DNA of 63,472 nt, the filler included. It is 7 parts of 7 records of this genome, joined end to end, with 100 filler letters (N's around TTAATTAATTAA, not from the genome) between each part and the next. Parts side by side here need not be neighbours in the genome. Positions count along the whole stretch, not along the records: positions 41,394 to 51,584 come from DRR723986_5335; positions 51,685 to 57,930 come from DRR723986_5336; 5 more parts are not named here. One strand, 5' to 3'. Both the position numbers and the translations under genes were made by a program. Under the pieces are notes generated by a model, which saw only the letters and a program-made list of their open reading frames with translations, did no database searches and had not been told where the DNA came from. Positions 41,665-51,741 of this stretch are shown here, in pieces (position 1 is the stretch's first letter; the number at the start of each line of letters is the position of its first letter).

Positions 41665-41925
41665 ATGCGCTTTGCACGCAATCCCAACCTGGTTGCCGCC
41701 GATATGGATGGCGATATGGTGATGATGAGCATCGAACATGGCACCTATTTCGGCCTGACCGGCATTGCCCCACAGATTTGGGAGGCGCTAGAGCAGCCAA
41801 AATCTGCGGGCGAGCTGGTGCAGGAATTGTTGCCACAGTTTGACGTCAGCGCAGATGTTTTGCGCAGCGATATCGATGCGTTTTTGACCGATATGCACGA
41901 AAACGGGCTGTTGCACAGGCCATGA
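41665..41925 (+). CDS. PqqD-family RiPP recognition element (lasso B1, paeninodin type)
   Basis: VAADMDGDMVMMSIEHGTYFGL..IAPQIWEALEQP...FDVS...FL..M..NGL. Confidence 0.92.
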   Translation: MRFARNPNLVAADMDGDMVMMSIEHGTYFGLTGIAPQIWEALEQPKSAGELVQELLPQFDVSADVLRSDIDAFLTDMHENGLLHRP

Positions 41926-42416
41926 TCGGGGTGCTTGGGCGCAAAATGGCCAATTTCGCCCGCGCGCCCCTGTTCACCAAACTGTGGCTGTTGCCGGCTT
42001 GGGTGCTTTTGGGGCTGGGGCGGCTGGCGGTGCTTTTGGTGCCCTTTCGCCAAATTGCCCCGGCTTTGGGCGTGGCGGCTGGCACTGATGCCCAGATACC
42101 GCTGCTGACGCCCGATCAACGCCGGCGCGCATTGTTGGTGGGGCGCACGGTGCGCATGGCGGCGCGCTATGCGCCATGGCAGGCCAATTGCTTTGCCCAA
42201 GCGATTGCCGCCAGCCTGATACTGCGCCTGCACCACATTCCCTACGCTATTTTTTTCGGTCTGCGCCGCGCCAGCGCGCCTGCCTCACCCCCTGCCCCGA
42301 TCGAGGCCCATGCCTGGACGGCGGCAGGCGGCGTGGCCATCACCGGCGGTTATGGCTTTGACAGCTTTACCGTGGTGGCGGTTTTTCACACCCTGCCAAC
42401 GGCCCCAACCCCATGA
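41922..42416 (+). CDS. Lasso peptide B2 transglutaminase-like leader peptidase
   Basis: PWQANCFAQA (Cys), FFGL, EAHAW (His), ITGG...FTVVAVF. Confidence 0.92.
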   Translation: MIGVLGRKMANFARAPLFTKLWLLPAWVLLGLGRLAVLLVPFRQIAPALGVAAGTDAQIPLLTPDQRRRALLVGRTVRMAARYAPWQANCFAQAIAASLILRLHHIPYAIFFGLRRASAPASPPAPIEAHAWTAAGGVAITGGYGFDSFTVVAVFHTLPTAPTP

Positions 42417-44158
42417 GCACCACGCCCCCCCGCCCAAATTGGCGCGCGTTTGCCCGGCTTTTCGCCCACCGCCCGAGGCTGACCGCGCTGGTGGGGGCGC
42501 TAACGCTTTTGGGCATGCTCAGCGATGGCATTGGCCTGATGCTGCTGGTGCCGCTTTTGGGCAGCCTAACGGGCGAGGCCGCAACCAGCGGCTTTGCCCA
42601 ACATTTAATGGGCCTCTTTTCCCATTTCGGCTTTCAGCCCAGCTTGGGCGCGGTGTTGATGCTGTTTTTGGGCGCCATGTCGCTGCGGGCGGCGCTGCGG
42701 GTGGCGCGCGATATGGCCAGTGTGCGGCTGCGCACCGGGCTGGTGGATGATCTGCGCAACAGCGCCATGGCGGCGCTGTTGCAGGCCGAATGGCGCTGGT
42801 TAAGCCTGCGCAAAGACAGCACCCATGCCAACCTGCTGCTGACCGAGGTGCAGCGCGCCGGCATGGGGGTGAATGCCGCCCTGATGCTGGCGGCGCAGCT
42901 GGCCGGTGTTCTGGCCTTTCTGGGCGTGGCCATCGGCCTTGATACCTTGCGTGGTGGTGCCATTTTGCTGCTGGCATTTGGGCTATTTGCGCTGTTTTCG
43001 CGCTTGCGCCGCCGGGCCTTTCAGCTGGGGCATAGCCAAATGCTGGTGAACCGCGAGCTGCATGAAACCGCCCAAGAAACCCTGGGCGCGCTGAAGCTTG
43101 CAAAAATTCTGGGCAGCCAGGCCGCGCAATTGCGCAGCTTTAGCACGGCGGCCCGCGATTTGCGCCACAACCAGCAGCACTTTGCATTGGTGTCCGGCAG
43201 CGCGCGCGAGTTGTTTCAATGGGCGGGCGCGGTATTGGTGGCGGGTTATGTCTATTTCGGGGTCAGCCTGTGGCGCATTCCCTTGGCGGAACTGTTGGTG
43301 ATGGTGTTCATTCTGGCGCGTCTGGTTCCGATGCTTAGCGCCTGCCAGCAACAGCTGCACCAACTGGCCAATGCCCTGCCCGCCCTTCATGCCGCCCAAA
43401 GCCTTATTGCCGAGGCCCGCCACTGGGCCGAGCCAGCCCCCCTGCCCGGGCATCACGCCCCCACGCCCCAGCGCTGCATTTCTGTGAAAAACCTCTCGTT
43501 GTGCCACCAATCAGGCAGCCCGCCTGCGCTAAATGATGTGACACTTGATCTGCCTGTGGGCAGCATCACGGTGGTCTCTGGCCCATCGGGGGCGGGCAAA
43601 ACCACCCTGGCTGATGTGCTGATGGGGCTGGTTGCCCCAGATCAGGGCGCGCTTTTTATAGATGACATGCCGTTGGATGCGGCCGGGCGTTTGGCCTGGC
43701 GGCAGGCCGTGTCTTATGTGCCGCAAGAGGTGGTGATTTACGCCGGCACGCTGCGCGGCAATCTGGCCCGCGCCTGCCCCGATGCCACAGATGCGCAAAT
43801 GCATGCAGCCCTTGGGGCGGCGGCGGCAGATTTCACCGCCAACTGGCCCGCAGGCCTAGATACGCTGATCGGCCCCGGGGGGCGGCAATTGTCAGGCGGC
43901 GAACGCCAGCGCCTGGCCTTGGCGCGGGGCCTGCTGCGCCAGCCCAGCTTGCTGATCCTCGACGAGGTGAGCAGCGCGCTCGACCCCGAAAACGAGGGCC
44001 GCATTCGCGACAGCGTGGCGCAATTGGCAGGCCGGATCACCACGGTGATCTTGGGCCATAGCGCCGCTTTCGACAGCATTGCCACCCAGCATTACATGCT
44101 AAACGCCGGGCGCGGCCAGCGGGCCCCGGCACCGCGCAGAACGGAGCCTGCCGCATGA
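42413..44158 (+). CDS. ABC exporter (fused permease-ATPase)
   Basis: N-terminal TM domain; GPSGAGKTT, LSGGERQRLALAR, LILDE. Confidence 0.92.
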   Translation: MSTTPPRPNWRAFARLFAHRPRLTALVGALTLLGMLSDGIGLMLLVPLLGSLTGEAATSGFAQHLMGLFSHFGFQPSLGAVLMLFLGAMSLRAALRVARDMASVRLRTGLVDDLRNSAMAALLQAEWRWLSLRKDSTHANLLLTEVQRAGMGVNAALMLAAQLAGVLAFLGVAIGLDTLRGGAILLLAFGLFALFSRLRRRAFQLGHSQMLVNRELHETAQETLGALKLAKILGSQAAQLRSFSTAARDLRHNQQHFALVSGSARELFQWAGAVLVAGYVYFGVSLWRIPLAELLVMVFILARLVPMLSACQQQLHQLANALPALHAAQSLIAEARHWAEPAPLPGHHAPTPQRCISVKNLSLCHQSGSPPALNDVTLDLPVGSITVVSGPSGAGKTTLADVLMGLVAPDQGALFIDDMPLDAAGRLAWRQAVSYVPQEVVIYAGTLRGNLARACPDATDAQMHAALGAAAADFTANWPAGLDTLIGPGGRQLSGGERQRLALARGLLRQPSLLILDEVSSALDPENEGRIRDSVAQLAGRITTVILGHSAAFDSIATQHYMLNAGRGQRAPAPRRTEPAA

Positions 44159-45372
44159 GCCCCCCCGATACCGATCTGATATTGGCCATGCTCTTTGTGC
44201 AAGACGGGCAAAAACTGGCAGCGCCCCTGGCAGAATTGACGCCCCAGCGCTGGCAGGCCCTGCTTGCGCGCGGGCGCGAGCACCGGTTTTTACCGCTCTT
44301 GGCCCATGCATTGCGCGAATGCGGCCTATGGGCCGCGCTGCCCCCAGATGTGGCGAAGCAGCTAAAAACGGCCGGCCAGCACCACACGCGGCGGGCGCTG
44401 CTGGCGCAGCGCGCCATGGTGCAAGTGCATGATATTTTGCACGAAAACGGGATTTCCCATGTTTTCCTGAAAGGCGCGTATCTGGCGCAATTTGCCTACC
44501 CACAGCCCGGCCTGCGCCCCATGCGCGATATCGATGTGGTGATAAAGCCAAATGATTTGCCCGCAGCGCACGATCTGCTGGTCACACACGGCTATACCAG
44601 CCCCGCCGAATTCGATGGCATGGTTGCAGCCTTTATCGCCCAAGCCAAACACTTGCCGGGGCTGCGCACGCCCGATGGCACGGTGTCGGTTGAATTGCAC
44701 GCCCATGTCGATGCGCCGGGTGGCCCGCTGGCCGGGCTTGATGCCTTTGCCAGCCCCATCCACCGCCCCCTGGCCGGGCGCATGCTGCCCTTTATGGGGC
44801 TGCAAGACATGCTGGTGCATCTGTGCGTGCATGCCGCCAGCTTTCACAGTTTTAACAATGGGCCGCTGGTGGTGTCTGATATCGGCTATCTGCTGCGCCA
44901 ACCCGGGCTTGATCTGCAGGCCGTGGCCGCGCGCGCGGCCGAATTGGGCGTGGCCCGCCCCGTGGCACTGACCTTGGCGCTGAGCGAAAATTGCTGGCCC
45001 AGCCGCCGAAACGACCTGCCCACAGGCGAAGTGGCGGTACCAGATACGCTGGTGGCCAATGCCCGCAGCATGTGTATGGACCCGATCGAGCAAAGCAAAA
45101 ACATGGCGTTTCTGGCCGATTTGGCGGTGCAAAACAGCGCCTCGTCGCGGCTGGGGGCGGTTTTTCACAAGCTGCTGCCGCCCCGGCAAAAACTGGCGCT
45201 GGAATTCGGCCAGGCCCGCACCCCGCTGCAGCTGATGCAGTTTCATCTCAAACGCTGGGGGCGCATCTTGCAGCATCGCGTGCCCACCCTGGCCCGCAGC
45301 CGCAAAAGCCACGATTTCGCGCAGGCGTTACAGCGCAATATTGCCCTGCAAAATTGGTTGGAAGGCCGCTGA
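44155..45372 (+). CDS. Nucleotidyltransferase family protein (NTP_transf_5 type)
   Basis: FLKGAYL...YP..GLRPMRDIDVVI, VELH, HLCVHA, SDI. Confidence 0.9.
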   Translation: MSPPDTDLILAMLFVQDGQKLAAPLAELTPQRWQALLARGREHRFLPLLAHALRECGLWAALPPDVAKQLKTAGQHHTRRALLAQRAMVQVHDILHENGISHVFLKGAYLAQFAYPQPGLRPMRDIDVVIKPNDLPAAHDLLVTHGYTSPAEFDGMVAAFIAQAKHLPGLRTPDGTVSVELHAHVDAPGGPLAGLDAFASPIHRPLAGRMLPFMGLQDMLVHLCVHAASFHSFNNGPLVVSDIGYLLRQPGLDLQAVAARAAELGVARPVALTLALSENCWPSRRNDLPTGEVAVPDTLVANARSMCMDPIEQSKNMAFLADLAVQNSASSRLGAVFHKLLPPRQKLALEFGQARTPLQLMQFHLKRWGRILQHRVPTLARSRKSHDFAQALQRNIALQNWLEGR

Positions 45373-45424
45373 TGCCCCCTTATTGCCCACAGATTTACCA
45401 AAGAAATCACCAACGGATTTGCCC

Positions 45425-47308
45425 ATGTTGATCGGTGCCCATTTACCCTTTGATGCGCCCGCCTTTGCCCGCCCCGAAAGCGAGGGCTTTCATCAGGCGC
45501 TGCGCGCGCCCCATTGGGGGCTGCCGGGCTGCCAGTGGCGGGGCGATGCGTTTTTGGTGGGGAATGCACAGGCCCAAACCGCCCAGGGCCAGCATGTGCT
45601 TTTTACCGGTCATATCCAAAACCGCGCCGATTTGCGCGCCAGTTTGGGCCTGCCCGCTGCCGATGATGCCGCACTTTATGCCGCCGCCTATCAGGCCTGG
45701 GGCGATCAGGCCGATTTGCGGGTGATTGGGGAATTTGCCACCATCGTTTTATGGCCCAACGCCCCATGCATGCGTATTTCTGCCAGCCCAAACATCTGCC
45801 CGCCGCTGCATTATGCCCATGATGGGCGGCAATTTTTCGTGGCCAGCCGCCCGCAAGCCTTGTTTGACAGCCAGCGCGTGACCCGCCGCTTGAGCGAGCA
45901 GAAACTGGCCGATAGCCTGTATCTGAATTATTTTGATCGCACGCAGGGCTGGTTTAAGGGGGTGACACGGCTGGCAAGCGGCACGCGCGCGCATATCAGC
46001 CCGGCGGGTGTGCAGCTGGAAAGCTATTACAGCCTGGAAACCCTACCCCGCATCACCCTGCCGCGCGATCAAGATTATGTAGAAGCCGCGCAGGCACTGT
46101 TTACTGAGGGCACCCAACGCATGCTGGATGGGTTTCAGGCGCCTTGTGTCAGCCTGTCGGGCGGGTTTGATTCACAGGCCGTGGCCTATTTCGCCATGCA
46201 GGCCCGCCCCAACCAGCCTTTGCGCAGCTATACCGGCGTGCCCGAGGCCGGGTTTGACGGTGTGATCAGCGACAGCCGGTTTGCAGATGAGCGCCCCTAT
46301 GCCCAGGCCCTAGCCGATATGCACCCGCAATTGCACCCCAGCTGGATCGATGCAGCCGGCAAAAGTTTTGATTATTTTCAACGCGAAATGTTTGAAATGG
46401 GGCTGCAGGCGCCGCGCAATGCGATGAACCTGCACTGGATTCACGAGATATACCGCCAAGGCCGGCTTGATGGCTGCGACGTGGTGCTGACGGGCAGTTT
46501 TGGCAATGCCACCTTCAGCTTTGGTGGCGAACAGGCCCTGCCCGGCTGGCTGCGGCGTGGCCAATGGGCGCGCTTTGCCCGCGAGTTATGGGCCGCGGGC
46601 CCGCCCATGGGCTTGCCCCGCCGTTTTATCAGCCAAGGTATCATGCCATTGCTGCCGCGCCGCCTGTGGGCGGGTATCACGCGCCTGCGCCATGGCGCGC
46701 CGGATGATCCCTTTGCCACCTGGTGCCCGATGAACGCCGATTATGCGCTGGAAATGCAGGTAGAAGAGCGCGCCTAAGCGCATGGCTTTGACGCGCTGTT
46801 TCGCCCCCTGCCCGACAGCCGTGAATTGCGCGCCAAAATGCTGCGCATGGCGGGCGGCGAAGGGGCAGATATTATGCAAGCGATGCGTTTGGTGCATGGG
46901 ATGCAAATGCGCGATCCCACCTCGTATCGCCCATTGGCGGAATTTTGTATCTCGATCCCGGATGATCAATATTTGCGCGGTGGTGTGCGGCGATGGTTGG
47001 CGCGGCGGATGCTGCGCGGCAAGCTGCCAGACATGGTGTTGCGCGAAAACCGCCGGGGCCGCCAAGCGGCTGATTGGCACCTGCGCATTGCCCGCCAACG
47101 CGATGATTTGATTTCAGAAATTGATTGGCTACAAGAAGATCCAAACATGCGCCGCAGGCTGAATTTGGCCGCCTTGCGCCAGGCCCTGGTTGATTTTCCC
47201 ACCACCACCCCACGCGATAAAATCGCTGCACAACGCTTGCAGCTGGCCCTGTCGCGGGGGCTGACCACGGCACGGTTCATCCGCTATATCGAGGGGCGCA
47301 ACGCCTAA
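45425..47308 (+). pseudogene. Asparagine synthetase-like lasso cyclase interrupted by one in-frame TAA at 46775-46777
   Basis: SLSGGFDS PP-loop, LTGSFGNATFS; same frame continues ERA*AHGFDALFRP...RDPTSYRPLAEFC..IP...RWLARR...RGRQAADW. Confidence 0.85.
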
Positions 47309-48180
47309 GGAGCGGGCGATGCCAGCGGCTGGCCCGCCCCATCAATATAGCCAAACCGCTGCATGATTGGGCCATGATCGGCAATCACCTGCGCCACTTG
47401 CGCAGGCGTCAGGCTGTTTTGCCAATCGCCCACTTTGCCCTTGCGAAAAAACCGCCGCTTGCCCGAGGGGCGTTCGCGAAACCCATGCGCCTCTTCTTGG
47501 GCGGCCAGCGTGTCGAACTGGCTAAATGCAATCGCCTGTTTCAGGCGCTGGGGGTTTTCGGGCAGGCCCAGGGCGGAAAATGCCGCCCCAAACGCGGCGA
47601 TGGGATCGGCGTGCATATCTTCGTAGCGCAGCACAAACACCGGAATTTCGCGCGCATCTACCCAGCTTTCTACATGCTGCGACCAGCTGCCCATACGCTG
47701 CAGCAATTGCCCCGTCAGGCGGTTTTTGGCCCGCGCCAAGGCATGGGTTTGGTCGCGCATCTGCGCAATCGCTGCATCAATATCGACCCCATTGTGATTG
47801 GCCAGCGACGGGGCCACATCTAACGGGTTGCGCAGCAGATAAACCGCACCCAGGCTTGCCACATCATCCACCAAGGGGCGGCCATCGGCGCGATGTGTAT
47901 AGGCATCGTGTATTTTGTGATAGCACAGCTCGTTTGGGGCCTCTGCCACGCTCCAGCGGTAAATTTCGGGGCGAATGGCCTCGACCTCGTCTTGGGTTAA
48001 ATCGGCAGTATCAACGCCCAAAACATCATCGACCCAATTGCGCGAACTGGCAATCGCGCCGGTGTTTAGCTGGTTGATATCAACCGGCCCATCGCCCGTG
48101 GCGCGAAAATTGGCCAAAACACTGCGAAACCACGTGTTGCCCGATTTAGGGTATGAGGCCAGCCAATAGATGCCGCCCAT
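47305..48180 (-). CDS. PAPS-dependent sulfotransferase (Sulfotransfer_1)
   Basis: WLASYPKSGNTW, KIH, RNPLDVAPS, WSQHVESW, LRYEDM, FFRKGKVGDW. Confidence 0.93.
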   Translation of the reverse strand: MGGIYWLASYPKSGNTWFRSVLANFRATGDGPVDINQLNTGAIASSRNWVDDVLGVDTADLTQDEVEAIRPEIYRWSVAEAPNELCYHKIHDAYTHRADGRPLVDDVASLGAVYLLRNPLDVAPSLANHNGVDIDAAIAQMRDQTHALARAKNRLTGQLLQRMGSWSQHVESWVDAREIPVFVLRYEDMHADPIAAFGAAFSALGLPENPQRLKQAIAFSQFDTLAAQEEAHGFRERPSGKRRFFRKGKVGDWQNSLTPAQVAQVIADHGPIMQRFGYIDGAGQPLASPAP

Positions 48181-49083
48181 TCACCGCGCCCCCTGCATCT
48201 GCGCGGCCAGCGCATCAACCAGATCATCTATGCGAAAACCGCTTTTGGGCCGGGCCACACGGGTGATGGCCACCTGCCCCGCAAGCGCCCCGCATTGCTG
48301 CAGGTGCTGGGGCTGCAGGGCCATCCCCACCATGAACCGCTGCCGATAGGTATTGGCACGCAGCAGGGTAAATTTCTCGATCCCTGTCACCGGGCTTTGG
48401 GTGATGTCATCGTCGAGATGTTCGGACAGCAGGCAAATTTGCACCACTTTTCGGGGGCTGTCGCAAAATGCATCGCCCAAGGGCAGGTTGAATTTTTCCA
48501 GCTGCGGGCGAATGCGCTGCAGCCCATCGGTGGAGATGTGCAATTTATCCGCCACATCCTGCCACAGCTTGATGCGCCCAAACCCGGGGATCGCCATGCC
48601 TTGATCGTTAATGGGCACAACATCATCGGCCAAAACCCGATAGCCACGCTGCATAAAGGCGGCCGTCAGCGTTGATTTGCCCACGCCCGATGGCCCCACG
48701 CACACCAAACACCCCTGGCCCATTTCAATGGCATTGCCGTGCAACACCAAAAGCCCGCGCTGAAACAGCAACGCCCCCAGCCCCGAGCCCAGCAAAAACA
48801 CCCGCACCGATGCCATATCGATCGATGGGGCGGGTTGCACCACGATCTGGGCCCCATCGCGCACCAAAAACCGTGCAATATCAGGCACCTCTAGCCAGAA
48901 CTGGCCATCAGCCACCCAAATAAACGGCGATATCTGGCGCCCCCCCGCCAGCCCCTGGGGCGGCACGGCGCCAAGGCTGATCTGCACCTGGGGTGGCTGG
49001 CTGGCATCTGGTGCCAAGGCCAATTCGGGCAGCTCTATTTCGCTGGCAAATGTCAGGCCATAAGCATGGTAGAGATTGGCCAT
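48181..49083 (-). CDS. HPr kinase-like serine kinase (PadeK/ThcoK type)
   Basis: YHAYGL..ASEIELPEL, FLLGSGLGALLFQRG..VLHGNA, GPSGVGKST, LADD, IKLWQD. Confidence 0.9.
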   Translation of the reverse strand: MANLYHAYGLTFASEIELPELALAPDASQPPQVQISLGAVPPQGLAGGRQISPFIWVADGQFWLEVPDIARFLVRDGAQIVVQPAPSIDMASVRVFLLGSGLGALLFQRGLLVLHGNAIEMGQGCLVCVGPSGVGKSTLTAAFMQRGYRVLADDVVPINDQGMAIPGFGRIKLWQDVADKLHISTDGLQRIRPQLEKFNLPLGDAFCDSPRKVVQICLLSEHLDDDITQSPVTGIEKFTLLRANTYRQRFMVGMALQPQHLQQCGALAGQVAITRVARPKSGFRIDDLVDALAAQMQGAR

Positions 49084-49168
49084 GTCAGCTTCCTTTCGTG
49101 CTGCAGCCTGCCTAACAGCCGCCCCCCAGCTGCACAAGGCGAACAAAGGGCCAAGAGGCCGGTTTCAT

Positions 49169-50440
49169 TTACGAATTTGCCACATCTGCGGCGCTCAGCT
49201 GCATACGAAACCGCCCCGTGGCAAACCCGCGGGCATAGCGCGCCGGCACATGGGCGCGCACCTTTCCACCCTGCACGGTGGCCGGGTAGCTGCACACTGG
49301 CACATAGCCACGATCGGTTTGTTTCTCGATGTGCCACTGGGCGCGGCTGCCTTCGGGCAAGCGGGTGGCAATCTGGGCAATTGGGGCGGTTTCGCAATAG
49401 CCTACATGAAAATCGGGACGATAGGGCCCTTGCGGAAATGGCCGGGGGGTTTGAAAACCAAAAAGGGAATCGTGCTGCAGTATTGCTGCGCGCGCATAGG
49501 GCCAAACATGGCTGCGCAGGAAAAATTGATCGGCAAAATGGGTATTTTTTACAGGGGTTTGCAAATAGTGGCGCAGCATATCGCGCATGGGCGGCAGCGC
49601 CCCGCGCACCACTCCCCAAAGCCCTGCCAACAGCAATTCTGTGTGGCTGCCATTGTCGCGCATGGCATGAAACGGCAAGCCGCTGGCCTGCCATTCGGCC
49701 ACCGCGCCCACCTCGCGGGGGGAAATCACGGAATCTGTATCGCGAAAGATCACCCGCTCGACATCGGGGGTGTCATAGGCCAGAAAACGCCACATGGTGC
49801 CGGGCCACTGGGCGGCCTCGTCATCGATATCTACCAATGTTGCGCCATTGTCTTTCAAGCGGTTGCGCGTATCCGTGGGCACGCTGTGATCTACAAAAAA
49901 CCAACAGCGCCATCCGGGGTAAAGGCGCGGTTGCTCGATTGTGTTTAGCACCGCGCCTTCGCAGTATTTGCTGTTTGCCCCAAAAAGCGAAAACGCGATG
50001 ATCTTTTGCCCGCCGGCTGCGGGTTTCGGGGCCAGCGGCGCCGCAAATGGCGGCACCTTTGGCACTGAATTGTCACGCATTATCAATGCTTTTTGGCCCG
50101 CAGTTGCAGCTGTTTCCAAATCACCACAGGCGCCTGCTGCATGGGCCAGCGCATCCCATGCCGATAAGGTTTTACGATCAATCGCAATGGCCTTGCGGGC
50201 ATAATCCATGGCCTCGTGCCAGCGCTGAAGCCGCAACAGCGCCAAGGCCCCATCTTTATAGAGATTGGCATTGCGCAGACCCTTGGCAATCATCTGATCG
50301 ACAAGCGCCAGGGCCAATGCGGGCTGGCCCGCCTCGAGATGCGCCAAAAACTGACGTTTTGCCTGAGAAAGATCTGGCAGGCGATTGTTTTTATGTGATT
50401 TTTTATTACTTTGCACCCGATCACCCGCAACCAAAACCAC
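49169..50440 (-). CDS. TPR-containing protein with putative GT-A-like catalytic domain (start uncertain)
   Basis: Helical Ala-rich TPR-like N-terminus; IIAFSLFG...Y..GA, YPGW, MWRFL, FRDTDS (DxD), FHAMRD, AGLWG, DQFFL. Confidence 0.7.
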   Translation of the reverse strand: MVLVAGDRVQSNKKSHKNNRLPDLSQAKRQFLAHLEAGQPALALALVDQMIAKGLRNANLYKDGALALLRLQRWHEAMDYARKAIAIDRKTLSAWDALAHAAGACGDLETAATAGQKALIMRDNSVPKVPPFAAPLAPKPAAGGQKIIAFSLFGANSKYCEGAVLNTIEQPRLYPGWRCWFFVDHSVPTDTRNRLKDNGATLVDIDDEAAQWPGTMWRFLAYDTPDVERVIFRDTDSVISPREVGAVAEWQASGLPFHAMRDNGSHTELLLAGLWGVVRGALPPMRDMLRHYLQTPVKNTHFADQFFLRSHVWPYARAAILQHDSLFGFQTPRPFPQGPYRPDFHVGYCETAPIAQIATRLPEGSRAQWHIEKQTDRGYVPVCSYPATVQGGKVRAHVPARYARGFATGRFRMQLSAADVANS

Positions 50441-50695
50441 CTAACACACTGTGCCCAGCGTGGCAAAGTTGCACCCATTTGGCAACGCCTGATCATTCGT
50501 GCCCTTTCAAGCCCGCATGATAACAGCTTTGTGAATGACAGAGGTCAAAAACCGGGATTGGTTGATTGAAGCCCGCAGATCGCGGCCCATATACCCTTTC
50601 GGGTTGGTTAATATCCGAATGGGTATTTTCGGGTGGCTTGCAGCCCGTCGCCTGCCCAACGTTAACAGTAATCAAACCACCTGTGGGGGTATAAA

Positions 50696-51403
50696 ATGGG
50701 TATTTCACGACGGAACTTCTTTTACGGGACAGCAGCAAGCGCGGCCATGGTTGTTGCAGCCAGTGGGGCACGCGCCAGCACATGCGCCATGCCAACAAAA
50801 GAGCGCCAAGCCGCGCTAAGCCCGCAAGGCGTGGTAGACGAGCTGATGGCCGGCAACCAGCGGTTTGTCTCTGGCACAATGGTCAATTGCGACCTGAATG
50901 CACAGGTTATGGAAACCGCCACCGGCCAATACCCTATTGCCGCCGTGGTGGGCTGTATCGACAGCCGCGTGCCGCCAGAAATGGTGTTTGACCAGAACAT
51001 TGGCGATATTTTCAGCGCCCGCATTGCCGGCAATTTTGTGAATACCGATATTTTGGGCAGCCTTGAATTTGCCTGCCGCGTGGCCGGTGCCAAGGCCATC
51101 GTGGTGTTGGGCCACACATCCTGCGGGGCGGTGAAAGGCGCAATCGATCAGGTGAAACTGGGCAATCTGACAGAGATGCTGGCGCGTATCGAGCCCGCGG
51201 TGCAGGCCGCCGGCCCCGTAGCCGAGCGCAGCTCGAAAAATACGGAATTCGTGCAAAAAGTGGCCGATGCCAATGTGGCGCTGACCGTCGAGGCGATCAA
51301 AGCCCAAAGCGAGGTGCTGGCGGGCATGGTTGCCGCGGGCGAGCTGGTAATCGTGGGCGCCATGCATGATGTGGCCACGGGCCAGATCACGCTGATCAGC
51401 TAA
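50696..51403 (+). CDS. Beta-class carbonic anhydrase with Tat signal
   Basis: SRRNFF twin-Arg; GNQRF, CIDSRV, RIAGN, HTSCGAV zinc ligands. Confidence 0.94.
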   Translation: MGISRRNFFYGTAASAAMVVAASGARASTCAMPTKERQAALSPQGVVDELMAGNQRFVSGTMVNCDLNAQVMETATGQYPIAAVVGCIDSRVPPEMVFDQNIGDIFSARIAGNFVNTDILGSLEFACRVAGAKAIVVLGHTSCGAVKGAIDQVKLGNLTEMLARIEPAVQAAGPVAERSSKNTEFVQKVADANVALTVEAIKAQSEVLAGMVAAGELVIVGAMHDVATGQITLIS

Positions 51404-51558
51404 GCGCACCCTGCGATTTTGTGAAACCGGGGCGGAACGCGGCATGCGGTCCGCCCTTGGCGTTTTGTGATGGGGGTGCAAACCGCAGCAAAGGCCCAGC
51501 CACAGCTGTTTTGCGCAGCGCTTGCCGCAGATTTTGTTTAAAAAACACAAAATGGGTT

Positions 51559-51584
51559 TGGCGCACCCGAGAGGATTCGAACCT
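51559..51584 (-). tRNA. 3' end of a tRNA (probably Arg; anticodon not visible)
   Basis: Minus strand AGGTTCGAATCCTCTCGGGTGCGCCA; cut by spacer. Confidence 0.75.
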
Positions 51585-51684
51585 NNNNNNNNNNNNNNNN
51601 NNNNNNNNNNNNNNNNNNNNNNNNNNNNTTAATTAATTAANNNNNNNNNNNNNNNNNNNNNNNNNNNNNNNNNNNNNNNNNNNN
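51585..51684. other. Artificial contig spacer
   Basis: N44-TTAATTAATTAA-N44. Confidence 0.99.
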
Positions 51685-51741
51685 GCAGCCGTAACGAGTC
51701 CCGCTTGGGTCGTTGTCCAGCCTCTCACCTTTCTTTCCCGT

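Noticed and set aside
50493-50879. Short ORFs near the cluster edge as lasso precursors
   Set aside because: They overlap the carbonic anhydrase start and lack the leader motif, Thr(-2) and a ring-forming Asp/Glu pattern
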